A stretch of DNA of 58,043 nucleotides from a bacterium (GCA_043820875.1 JBDRDI010000039.1:1-58043); one strand, 5' to 3'; counted from the stretch's first letter, positions 46,507 to 56,048 are shown. The notes: generated by a model from the letters alone, not told the origin. Numbers and translations: made by a program.

Positions 46507-46562
46507 ATATTTTTATTTTTCTATATTATCACATTTATGTATTGTTGTCATTATGCCCCGAC

Positions 46563-46604
46563 CCCATCCTGTCCTTCTCCTTGCCAAGGGGGAGGGACGA
46601 TGGG
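46563..46604. repeat. Purine/pyrimidine-skewed hairpin (CCCATC...TCCTTCTCCTT/AAGGGGGAGGGA...GATGGG)
   Basis: Imperfect inverted repeat similar in style to the CCCTCCTCTT/AAGAGGAGGG hairpin at 53799-53826. Confidence 0.55.
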
Positions 46605-46635
46605 AAATGTTTTTTTATTATTTATTATTCTTTAT

Positions 46636-46939
46636 TGAAATTGTCCCGGCAGAGTCTCCTCGCAAGGGACTCTGCCGCGGTTTTCTATTCTGCACGGCGT
46701 CGTAGTCCTCTGCGGAGAGACTACGACGGGACAGAAGCGAGAGACTACGACGGGACAGAAATATATTTTTCCATTCTAATATTGTAAATGTAATAAAATA
46801 GGTTTGATCAGAAATGAATATTTTGTTATCTCTTACGGCCATATTTTTTATTTTGTTCCGGCAGAGTCTCTCCGCAGAGGACTCTGCCGTTCCGCCGCCG
46901 CGTCGTAGTCCTCTGCGGAGAGACTACGACGGGACAGAA
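46636..46939. mobile_element. REP doublet cassette (RAYT-2 family) enclosing a RAYT 5' relic
   Basis: Unit 46636-46760 (with duplicated GAGACTACGACGGGACAGAA), relic 46764-46842, unit 46855-46939. Confidence 0.85.
46764..46842 (-). pseudogene. Truncated 5' fragment of a RAYT-2 paralogue
   Basis: Encodes MAVRDNKIFISDQTYFITFTILEWK, versus MAVRDNKIFIPDRTYFITFTILDWK in RAYT-2, then runs into a REP. Confidence 0.88.
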
Positions 46940-46960
46940 ATATCCGCCATCCGCCATCCG

Positions 46961-49900
46961 TTACTTCGCGCATCTAAACCCTACCGTGCTCGTCGCTTCT
47001 GTTGGGCTATAACTCAGATTCAAATCGTATAATCCGATTTCACCGCGGACAAATCCTCTTAAGTTATTGCTATTATCCCCGTTCGACAAGCTCAGGGCAG
47101 GCGACTTAATCTTACCAATACCGTTGGCTGAATTGTAATAATATGGAGGCGCGATGTTTAAGCCTTTGTAATCCGTGATGTTGGAATATTCTTGCCAGTC
47201 GTTATCCATTGGCGCGACAATTCCGGACTTGGTAATTGTTTGGTCTGTCCACTCGCCCACTCCGCCGATGATATTATAAATCATATTACCGTTGGAAAGG
47301 GTGGAATAAATATTGGCTGTAATATATGAGTAAATATTTACGTCTGTCGCATCATAAACCGCCGCGGCTTGCCAAAGCTGTAATCCATCTTTTGCCACAT
47401 CAGCATCATTTTCCGCGGTTCTAATAATATTTTCCGCGATGGTGAGCCATTCATTCTCGCTCAAAAGGTGGTATCCTTCACCCACGCCAAGACAAGCCAG
47501 AGCGGCTTCTCCTTGCGACACGTTAACCCATGATATACTAGTCGTTGCTCCATCTCCAGCTCGCGCCTCGTCCGATTGCGCGCAGAATCCCGGCATGGTT
47601 CCGTATTTCGCGGAACCCGGCACCCATACATATCCATCATCGCATACAGATTCAAACGCGCCGGCAACGATTGTTCCTTCAACTCCCATATCACCCATTG
47701 TTTCATCCACCGCGTTATCCAATTCGCTACCACAAACTCCGCCCGAACAAACCATGATCCTGCCGTCAACGAGCATCTCTCCCACAACGGTCACTTGACC
47801 GGTTTGAGCGATATTAACGATTGAAATTCCTCCGGCTTGAAAATCAGCCACTGAAGCGTCTCCGCCTTGATTCACAACCAAAGCGGTTTTGTTTGTGCTT
47901 GTGGCAGTGATAATTTCCACAATAGCAACGTCTTCTTCAATCTCCACGGACGAACTGGCTGTATCCTCAATGTTCGTAATCTTTATATTTCCTTCCGCTG
48001 TTTCTTTAATTACTTCCGGCAGAGATGAACTGGCCAAATCAATTGAAGGGATAAATCCTGCTTGCCACGCCTCTAATATTCCCATTCTTGCATTCAAGTT
48101 ATTTGTACTATTTTCTAAAACGCCAACTCTGCTGATCAAGTCATCAGCGCTTGCGGATATTTGTACAAGTTGTCCATTCACAGCGTCAAATCTCACAGAC
48201 AAATCTTGATCAAACAAAGCAATCTGTTCTTCAGCAATATCTTTTATGTCTTGATCCAGATTCAAATTATTAACCGCGTTGGAAATAAGGATCTGCACTT
48301 CGTCTTCAATCTCCATGCTGGCGATGCGCTCTGTGATCTGAGCTTCCACAGCTTCCACAGTCAGACTCTTGTTTCTTCTGGATATCAGAACTTTTATCTC
48401 GCCAATTCCGCCTGAAAAAGATTCCAAAGCAACGCCCACGGTCGGATCTCCGACACCGGCTTTCATCACATATCCCGGAGTGCTGGACGCGCTGGTCAAC
48501 GAATCACCCGGCCTAATCTCGCCATTTTCAGACGACACCTTGGCAGGAACCTGACCAAGCATTCCAACAATTACATACTTATCATTGTCAACATATTCTT
48601 CTTTTCTATTACCAATAATCGCCGGCTTGGTAGAAACAATGCCCATCACATTTGAATCCGCTCCCCGATCGCATCTCTTCACCATATTGTTTTCCGTAAT
48701 ATCCACACAAACCACCTCTCCTGATTTCAAATCCGCTTCTCTTGCGCGAAAATATTCCGCGTAATCAGCGCCGGCGTTGTTAAACGCCACATCGGAAATC
48801 GCTTCGCCATTGCCCATCACTTTGAATCCGATACCTGTACTGGTGGAAACCGCGAATAAAGTATCAGTATTATCGCCGTCTGATTGATAAATATTTAATT
48901 TAGCAATTGGCGTCGTCGTCCCAATCCCCACATACCCCGCGTTCATATCTCCATAAATCGTATCACCGATGTTTAAGAATTTGTATGAAGCAGAGGAGGT
49001 GGCGTCAACGCCGTAGCCAATAATAATATTGTTTGAGCCTGTAGTAATATTATCTCCTGCCTGATAGCCCAATAATAAATTATTAGCGCCGGTGGTGTTG
49101 GCAAGGCCTGATTGATAGCCTACAAAAGTATTATTATCTGAACCTGTTTCCACGGCATAACCGCTCTTGTATCCGACGTAGACGCCATTTTGATTGGAAT
49201 AAGTGGCTGAACCTTGTGCAGATAAAGTACCAATAGCGATAGTAGAAGTGGCGGAAGTGTTGAAATAAAGAGACTGGCGTCCCACAGCTGAATTCTGTGA
49301 GCCGGTGGTGTTATAACGGAGAGACCAAGGTCCCAAAGCTGTATTATTTGTGCCGGTGGTGTTGGAGTAGAGAGAATGATATCCCAAAGCTGTATTATTT
49401 GAGCCGGTAGTGTTGGAATAGAGAGCTTGATAACCAATGCCGGTATTCCAATCCGAAGAAGTAGCCACATATCCCGCCTGATAACCGATGAAAGTATTAT
49501 ACAACCCATCAGCCAAAACATCTTTGCCCGCACCTTCGCCCACAAATATTCCTTTATTCGTGCTGGAAGCATATAAAATAGTATTGCCGGCTTGTTTGTA
49601 TCCGGAATATTGATTAACATTCACAAACCCATCCACATCCAAAGCATATTGAGGCGTCGTCGTCCCAATCCCCACATTCCCCACCTCATTAACATACAAC
49701 ATAGACGCGCCGGTGGAAGAAGCGATGTTCAACGGAGAAACGCCAGCTGAAGCTTGGACGGAGAGTTTGGAGAGGGGGGAGGTGGTGCCGATGCCGACAT
49801 TGCTATCAAAAGAAGCCACTCCATCAGCGTGAAATGTTCCTTGAACATCTAATTTATAATCAGGTGTAGTATCACTCCCTATTCCAACATTTCCATTTGA

Positions 49901-52900
49901 TGTATCTACGACCATTAACTTAGCAGTAAGATTATTTTGAAATTCAATTAAATTACCATAGCTCCTAAAATAGAAATTATTAGTTGTTCCTTCTAATCCA
50001 ACTATTCCTTTAATATTTCCAGAACCAGCCCCACGACTAAATAAAATAGCAGCATAACCATCAGTATTAGCATTATCAATAACAATAGCTGGATAGCCAC
50101 CATACGATGAGCTATTAGTGCTTTTTGAAATATGCAACATTACATCTGGACTCTCCGTCCCAATCCCCACATACCCATTAGTAGCCATATAAAGAGAAGA
50201 AGTAGCTGTTGGATTATTGCTGGCATCGCCGATGTAAATGTTGCCTGTGGCGAGGGTCATGTCAGAAAGAGAATCAAAAAGCCCCAAGGTGGAAGTCGCC
50301 ACCCAATTATATCCTGTTCCGGTAGTCTGCAAAACCATACCGTTCGTGCCGGCAGAATAAGTATTGTCATACAGCATGCCGGTTGCCATCATGTTGCCGG
50401 CGACTGTGAAGGTTGTGAAGGGGGTGGTTGTGCCGATGCCGATGTTGCCTGTACCTGCCCATGTCAATACTGGCGTTCCCAACGCTGTTTGCGAAGCTCC
50501 GTAACCAAGCGACCATTTATCCGCGGCATCATTTTGAATTAATCCATAATAAGATCCCGCGCTGTTCATAACAAACCCTGGTCCACTATTATTGTTGGCA
50601 TAGAACGGTACCCCAACTGATTGAGGACCTTCGCCATTGATTCTAAATCTTTCTGTATTGGCAGGTTTAAAAACGATAGCGTTGACGAGGCTGTTATAAT
50701 ACGTAGAGAAAGTCAAAGTCGTATATCCAGAATCATCATAAACGATATCCGCGTATTCTGTCGGTCCTGAAATACCGCCCAGTCTGATTGTTCCATTAAC
50801 TGAACCATAAGGACCATAATTAGACGCTATAACTCCTGCCACATCCAACTTATATTGTGGGCTGGTCGTCCCAATCCCCACATACCCCGCGTTCATATCT
50901 CCATAAATCGTATCACCGATGTTTAAGAATTTGTATGAAGCAGTGGAAGAAGCATCAACGTCATAGCCAATAATAATATTATTTGAACCTGTAGTAATAT
51001 TATCCCCTGCCTGATAGCCCAATAACAAATTATTAGCTCCGGTGGTGTTGGCAAGTCCTGATTGATAACCGAGGAAGGTATTGTTATCTGAACCTGTTTG
51101 GACAGCATAACCGCTTCGGTATCCGATATAGACGCCATTTTGGTTGGAATAATTGGCTGAACCTTGCGCGGCATAAGCTCCGATAGCGACAGAGGAAGTG
51201 GCGGAAATGTTGTAATAAAGAGAATAATATCCCATAGCTGAATTATCTGAGCCGGTAGTGTTGAAAGGAAGCGAAGCATATCCCACAGCTAAATTACTCG
51301 AGCCGGTGGTGTTGGAGTAAAGAGATGACCGTCCCACAGCTGAATTATTTGAGCCGGTGGTGTTGAAGCGGAGAGAATCATTTCCTATAGCTGAATTACT
51401 TGAGCCGGTGGTGTTGGTGTAGAGAGAATTATATCCCATAGCCGTATTATAATCCCCCTCGGTGTTGGCAACGAGAGAATCCCTTCCCATAGCTGAGTTA
51501 CCTTTGCCGATGGTGTTGGCAAGAAGAGAGCTGACTCCCATAGCTGAATTATTTGAGCCGGTAGTGTTGGAACTAAGAGAATAACTTCCCATAGCTAAAT
51601 TAAATGAGCCGGTGGTGTTAGTGTGGAGAGAATTATATCCTATAGCTGAGTTATTCGAGCCGGTGGTGTTGTTATATCCCGCCTGATAACCAATAAAAGT
51701 ATTATACAGCCCATCAGCCAAAACATCTTTTCCAGCATCTTCACCCACAAATGTTCCTTTATTCGTGCTGGAAGCATATAAAATAGTATTGCCGGCTTGT
51801 TTGTATCCGGAATATTGATTTGTATTTATAAAACCACCCACGTCTAATTTATATGACGGAGAAATGTTGCCGATGCCCACATTCCCATTTGTATCCATAT
51901 AAATAGAAGAAGTCGCAATCGGATTATTGCTGGCATCGCCGATGTAGATGTTGCCTGTTGCCAATGTCATGTCAGAGAGGGAATCATAAAGCCCCAGAGT
52001 GGAAGTCGCCACCCAATTATATCCTGTGCCGGTAGTCTGCAAAATCATGCCGTTCGTGCCGGCAGAATAAGCATTGTCATACAACATTCCAGTTGCCATC
52101 ATGTTGCCGGCGACTGTGAAGTTGGTGAACGGGGTTGAGCTTCCCACTCCGAGATAGCCGTTGAAATTACCAGTGTTGAATGTTGAACTGCCACTGACTA
52201 TCAAATTTGTCGTTGACGCTTGCGTTGCGGCGGTTAATGTTCCTGTCCATAAGTCTGAAGCGACAGTAAGGTCGGTTGTTGAAGCATAATTTACGGTTAA
52301 TGCTCCATCTATCCTTGTATTCCCGTAAACATCGAGAGTGTAGGCTGGCGTGGTGGTGCCGATGCCGACATTCCCGTTCGGCATCATAAATATTGTGGAA
52401 GTGCCGGAAAGAGCTGTTCCGTCCGCGGCGTAATAAGCAATTTGACCCGCGTCTCCCAATTCAACCAAACCGGAAGAAGACGCCAAACTATCTATGTTAA
52501 TCCACGAACCGGACAAGTCTTTATATTGCATCGCGCCTGCCGAATCCCTAAAGCCATATCCGGACGTGCCAGTGTCATAGCCAAAATTCAAATATCTGTC
52601 AGCACCTTCCAGTAAAGCATCTCCGTACACGACAAAGTTGGTTAACGGTGTTGAAGTGCCGACGCCCACATAGCCACTATTTAATATAATCATGGAGCTG
52701 GTTGCCCCGCTTAAAAATTCCGCGATATTTCCGGATCCGTTTTGAGTGACAGTCAACGCCGTATCGCTTGAACTTGTCGCTATATCAACAATATTATTAA
52801 AGCTCCATGCGCCAGTGACGGTTTCGTCTTCCGAAAGAGTCGCGAATTCACCTTCTCTTTTGCCGCCGACTTCCATGGCGTAAAAAGCGTACGGGAAAGA

Positions 52901-53509
52901 AGTCGTGAGTTTTCTGGGTTGCATCAATTCGCCATTGAATGTTATTTCCAAATACATTGAGTCGCTGAAATCGGTGGTTGAAATATCCTCCACCGAGCCC
53001 AAATTCACATCCACAATTCCGCCTTCAATGCGCGGGCGGTTGTTAATGCTGTCTCCAACTGTCCAGGTCTCTGAGGTGCTGGCTACAATGATTGTATTAT
53101 TATCGTTGCCATATCCAACAATCAAAGCGTAATCCGACGCAGTGGAATCGGTAAGATATTGTCCGACCCTGAGTGTTGTTGTCGCAAGTCCGGCGGAATA
53201 AGTATATTGAATACCGTCAGAAACACTATCCACGGCACTGATTGTTCCGGAGAACATATTAGCCGCATTCAAAGTTTCCGTCCAAATGGCAGTACCGCTG
53301 GTTGATGAAGCATATAAGCTGAAAACAAAGTCATAATTTCCATCCGCGATTTCCCCGCCGGCCGTAGTAGTCACTTTGCCGGAAAAATTAAGCATGAACG
53401 GAACGGTCTGCGCGCGAGCCGGAAGAGGACAAATTTGCACAGCAAAAATCGCCGTCAACACGATTGGCGCCAGTACAAATTTTGCAATTGTCCTAATTAA
53501 CTTTTCCAT
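46961..53509 (-). CDS. Giant (2182 aa) secreted tail-fibre/trimeric-adhesin-like protein with GIGTT repeats, YadA-like repeats, a Peptidase_G2-like chaperone and a C-terminal C-type-lectin (FGE-like) domain
   Basis: Signal peptide; many VGIGTT(S/T)P boxes; NS(A/T)xGxxSLxxNTTG repeats; AGADYAEYF...GEVVCVD...GIVSTKP...GQVPAKV; C-terminus WVNVSQGEAALAC...HLLSENEW...GGVGEW...VGFRCAK. Confidence 0.78.
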   Translation of the reverse strand: MEKLIRTIAKFVLAPIVLTAIFAVQICPLPARAQTVPFMLNFSGKVTTTAGGEIADGNYDFVFSLYASSTSGTAIWTETLNAANMFSGTISAVDSVSDGIQYTYSAGLATTTLRVGQYLTDSTASDYALIVGYGNDNNTIIVASTSETWTVGDSINNRPRIEGGIVDVNLGSVEDISTTDFSDSMYLEITFNGELMQPRKLTTSFPYAFYAMEVGGKREGEFATLSEDETVTGAWSFNNIVDIATSSSDTALTVTQNGSGNIAEFLSGATSSMIILNSGYVGVGTSTPLTNFVVYGDALLEGADRYLNFGYDTGTSGYGFRDSAGAMQYKDLSGSWINIDSLASSSGLVELGDAGQIAYYAADGTALSGTSTIFMMPNGNVGIGTTTPAYTLDVYGNTRIDGALTVNYASTTDLTVASDLWTGTLTAATQASTTNLIVSGSSTFNTGNFNGYLGVGSSTPFTNFTVAGNMMATGMLYDNAYSAGTNGMILQTTGTGYNWVATSTLGLYDSLSDMTLATGNIYIGDASNNPIATSSIYMDTNGNVGIGNISPSYKLDVGGFINTNQYSGYKQAGNTILYASSTNKGTFVGEDAGKDVLADGLYNTFIGYQAGYNNTTGSNNSAIGYNSLHTNTTGSFNLAMGSYSLSSNTTGSNNSAMGVSSLLANTIGKGNSAMGRDSLVANTEGDYNTAMGYNSLYTNTTGSSNSAIGNDSLRFNTTGSNNSAVGRSSLYSNTTGSSNLAVGYASLPFNTTGSDNSAMGYYSLYYNISATSSVAIGAYAAQGSANYSNQNGVYIGYRSGYAVQTGSDNNTFLGYQSGLANTTGANNLLLGYQAGDNITTGSNNIIIGYDVDASSTASYKFLNIGDTIYGDMNAGYVGIGTTSPQYKLDVAGVIASNYGPYGSVNGTIRLGGISGPTEYADIVYDDSGYTTLTFSTYYNSLVNAIVFKPANTERFRINGEGPQSVGVPFYANNNSGPGFVMNSAGSYYGLIQNDAADKWSLGYGASQTALGTPVLTWAGTGNIGIGTTTPFTTFTVAGNMMATGMLYDNTYSAGTNGMVLQTTGTGYNWVATSTLGLFDSLSDMTLATGNIYIGDASNNPTATSSLYMATNGYVGIGTESPDVMLHISKSTNSSSYGGYPAIVIDNANTDGYAAILFSRGAGSGNIKGIVGLEGTTNNFYFRSYGNLIEFQNNLTAKLMVVDTSNGNVGIGSDTTPDYKLDVQGTFHADGVASFDSNVGIGTTSPLSKLSVQASAGVSPLNIASSTGASMLYVNEVGNVGIGTTTPQYALDVDGFVNVNQYSGYKQAGNTILYASSTNKGIFVGEGAGKDVLADGLYNTFIGYQAGYVATSSDWNTGIGYQALYSNTTGSNNTALGYHSLYSNTTGTNNTALGPWSLRYNTTGSQNSAVGRQSLYFNTSATSTIAIGTLSAQGSATYSNQNGVYVGYKSGYAVETGSDNNTFVGYQSGLANTTGANNLLLGYQAGDNITTGSNNIIIGYGVDATSSASYKFLNIGDTIYGDMNAGYVGIGTTTPIAKLNIYQSDGDNTDTLFAVSTSTGIGFKVMGNGEAISDVAFNNAGADYAEYFRAREADLKSGEVVCVDITENNMVKRCDRGADSNVMGIVSTKPAIIGNRKEEYVDNDKYVIVGMLGQVPAKVSSENGEIRPGDSLTSASSTPGYVMKAGVGDPTVGVALESFSGGIGEIKVLISRRNKSLTVEAVEAQITERIASMEIEDEVQILISNAVNNLNLDQDIKDIAEEQIALFDQDLSVRFDAVNGQLVQISASADDLISRVGVLENSTNNLNARMGILEAWQAGFIPSIDLASSSLPEVIKETAEGNIKITNIEDTASSSVEIEEDVAIVEIITATSTNKTALVVNQGGDASVADFQAGGISIVNIAQTGQVTVVGEMLVDGRIMVCSGGVCGSELDNAVDETMGDMGVEGTIVAGAFESVCDDGYVWVPGSAKYGTMPGFCAQSDEARAGDGATTSISWVNVSQGEAALACLGVGEGYHLLSENEWLTIAENIIRTAENDADVAKDGLQLWQAAAVYDATDVNIYSYITANIYSTLSNGNMIYNIIGGVGEWTDQTITKSGIVAPMDNDWQEYSNITDYKGLNIAPPYYYNSANGIGKIKSPALSLSNGDNSNNLRGFVRGEIGLYDLNLSYSPTEATSTVGFRCAK

Positions 53510-53528
53510 TTTATATTTAATTTATATT

Positions 53529-53758
53529 TTGTCATTCCGAATCCCCGCGCTTTTTTATTTTTGTCATTCCGAATCCCCGCGCCGCAGCGGGGTGAGGAAT
53601 CGCTTCGACTTTTTAATCGCGCGAATTTTGGCATAAACCATTTCAACGAGGATTAACTGAGCAACGGATGGCAATTAACATATTCTTACGGCATTCGCGT
53701 TTTTATCTCTTGCCTTGTCGAAGGGATTCCTCGCCCTGCGGCGGGTTCGGAATGACAA
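53529..53758. mobile_element. Second GTCATTCCGAA MITE/REPIN-like element (53561-53758) with a duplicated left end (53529-53550)
   Basis: TTGTCATTCCGAATCCCCGCGC occurs twice, 32 bp apart; right end GCGGGTTCGGAATGACAA; interior alignable to 24141-24394. Confidence 0.75.
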
Positions 53759-53966
53759 ATGAAACGGTTTTTTCTTTCCCCTCTCAAACCTCTTCCTCCC
53801 CTCCTCTTCGTAATTAAAGAGGAGGGAAAAGACATGAGGTTTTTGACAAGCTACGACTTTGCATGGGGACTTGCTTGTAAGCAAGTACTTTATTGGGATT
53901 CTTCCCAATCGTTGATATCCTATCGTCCTAAGACACCAACGACTGTGAAGAAAAAATTGTCAATTG

Positions 53967-55856
53967 TTAACGATTAATCAAGTCTTTCAACCACCCAAAA
54001 GTTTCTTCCAATATTCTTAATATCATTTGGACTATTGATTCTTGCTGTTTGGCAGTCATTAAAGTGTGAGCCGATGATATTGTCGTGTTGCCTCCGGAAT
54101 CAATACTCTCCACTCTGAAACTATAAACTTTCCCAGGCTTGAATTTTGACACCACCATTACGTGCTCTTTCGCGTAATCAGTATTTAATTCCGTGGAATT
54201 TCTAAATTGCTCAATACCGGAACGAACGCCTTCTTGATAATAAACTTTTGATGTGGACGGCTCATTGGTCATCCAAGAAATAACTGTTTGAATTTTATTG
54301 CTCTTGTCCACAAAAACGGTTGAATCGGCTCTGATATAAGAAATCACCGGAGGTAAATCATCAGCGCTCGTAGAAAACATGGAAATTGTTTCGCTGGCCA
54401 AGCTGCCGATTGCATCCACGCTGGATAATTCAACTTCATAAATCGTTCCGCCCTCAAAATTCGCCACGATTATTTCATGGATGGCAGTCATGGCATTGTC
54501 CCGAAACACTCTGGATTCATCCACGGCCAAAACATTGTTGCGGTATGGGGTTATTTTTACTGCCGAATCAGCTTCTTTGTTGGTCACCCATTTGAACGTG
54601 GCTGTTTCCGCGTCTTGCACTTGACTGAAAAAATTTGATATTCGGAGTCCTTCCGAACCGGTTGTAAAAATGGCATCAATGGATCTCGCTGTCTGCCCAA
54701 GTCTGGTTTTACTTCTCACTTGAAAATGATATGCGGTATTGGGCAGTAAATTATATAAACGCACTTCATGATTTTGTACAAACTCTTCCGAATTCCCGGT
54801 AATTTCAATATATGGTTCCGCGGCGCCGGGCGAATAATCGTCTTCCGGCGCAATGGCCACAAGCGAATTTGAATTCACATCCGTTGTCCAAACGATACGC
54901 GCGTTATTGCCATCAATTTCCGCTGTCGGCGAAGTGGAAAAAGCGGGCGCGGGAAGAAGATTCTCCAAGTCCGCGAGTGTACCTATTTGAGAAAGATTGA
55001 TTTCGGTAAAATTTATTTCAGGGAAGAAACGAGTGAAAAAATTTTCAGATTCCGCTTCAATCGCTTGAGCTTCTTCAATCGGCAAAGGCTCTTCCACCAC
55101 CTCCCCATCCGCTGTCAAAGTAATGAGCGTCATTTGATTTGAATATCCAACGTTGCCCCATTTGTCACTGGAAAGCGCGCGGAAATAATATCTTGAAGCC
55201 GGCAGAAGATTATTAACCGTAACTGTATGGTCAGTGGAAGTTGCCCAGTTGCCATATGTCTCTCCATAACTTGGCGTCAAACCGTATTCAATAAAATTTG
55301 TAGACGGCTCATCCGTCTCCCATGAAATTGTCATGGCATCATTACCAACTCCGGCTATTCGCACATCCGTGACCAGTGGCGGAATTTCTTCGCCTCTGGT
55401 AATGACCAATACTCCTCCGCCAACAGAAGCCAGAGTTCCTGAAGACTGCGCGGTGGTAAAACTATTGATTGTTGAATCAGTGGTAATTCCGCCGTTGACT
55501 CTTTCTGATCTTACTTGATAATAGTATTGTTCCACCGCCGACAAGCCGACAAGGGCCACTGAATGACTGGTATAAGTTTTGGAATCCGTACCTTGTTCAA
55601 AACTATCGGACATGTCGCTATTTATACTATAAACAACAAAACTGTTTGCCAAAACATCCGTGCTCCACGTGATTGTTACCGTGTCTGAATCAATTGACGA
55701 CGTTGTCACTCCGGTAATAACCGGCCCGTCAAAATAATGATTAATATTTTCAAAAATAACATAACTATCACTTCTGAATTCCGCCCGTACTGAAACGCCC
55801 GCTATTAACATGGAGGCTATAACTGCCGAGCAAATTGTTTTCTTAAAATATTTCAT
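53967..55856 (-). CDS. Secreted protein with tandem FN3 / purple-acid-phosphatase-N-terminal-like domains
   Basis: Signal peptide; repeated TITWSTD...S.V.Y, ISWETDEPSTNFIEYG, IVWTTDVNSNS, ISWMTNEPSTSKVYY; YY(F/Y)(R/Q)V strands. Confidence 0.8.
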   Translation of the reverse strand: MKYFKKTICSAVIASMLIAGVSVRAEFRSDSYVIFENINHYFDGPVITGVTTSSIDSDTVTITWSTDVLANSFVVYSINSDMSDSFEQGTDSKTYTSHSVALVGLSAVEQYYYQVRSERVNGGITTDSTINSFTTAQSSGTLASVGGGVLVITRGEEIPPLVTDVRIAGVGNDAMTISWETDEPSTNFIEYGLTPSYGETYGNWATSTDHTVTVNNLLPASRYYFRALSSDKWGNVGYSNQMTLITLTADGEVVEEPLPIEEAQAIEAESENFFTRFFPEINFTEINLSQIGTLADLENLLPAPAFSTSPTAEIDGNNARIVWTTDVNSNSLVAIAPEDDYSPGAAEPYIEITGNSEEFVQNHEVRLYNLLPNTAYHFQVRSKTRLGQTARSIDAIFTTGSEGLRISNFFSQVQDAETATFKWVTNKEADSAVKITPYRNNVLAVDESRVFRDNAMTAIHEIIVANFEGGTIYEVELSSVDAIGSLASETISMFSTSADDLPPVISYIRADSTVFVDKSNKIQTVISWMTNEPSTSKVYYQEGVRSGIEQFRNSTELNTDYAKEHVMVVSKFKPGKVYSFRVESIDSGGNTTISSAHTLMTAKQQESIVQMILRILEETFGWLKDLINR

Positions 55857-55868
55857 ATTTAATTATTT

Positions 55869-56048
55869 TTACTTCATATACTTTCGGACAAATTTATCCA
55901 ATTCGGACTCAAAAACACGGTAGGTTTTCCTGCCGATGCGTGCCGCCTTTAAATCACCGGAATCAATCCAACGATAAACAGTTCTTTTGCTTACGCTAAG
56001 AACTTTGGCGGCTTCTTGAATTGTGAGAATGTCGTCTCTTTTAAACAC
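55869..56048 (-). CDS. Excisionase-family (HTH_17) helix-turn-helix DNA-binding protein, 59 aa; not in the ORF track
   Basis: GTG start; manual translation MFKRDDILTIQEAAKVLSVSKRTVYRWIDSGDLKAARIGRKTYRVFESELDKFVRKYMK fits LT..EAA..L.VS..TVYRWI..G.L.A..IG. Confidence 0.9.
   Translation of the reverse strand: MFKRDDILTIQEAAKVLSVSKRTVYRWIDSGDLKAARIGRKTYRVFESELDKFVRKYMK

Noticed and set aside
46961-47080. Complete DGR locus
   Set aside because: No reverse transcriptase or template repeat found in the window; kept only as a possible trans target.
46961-56048. Prophage or integrated element suggested by tail-fibre-like and excisionase-like genes
   Set aside because: No integrase, terminase, capsid or att repeats in the window; the proteins have signal peptides typical of cellular surface proteins.
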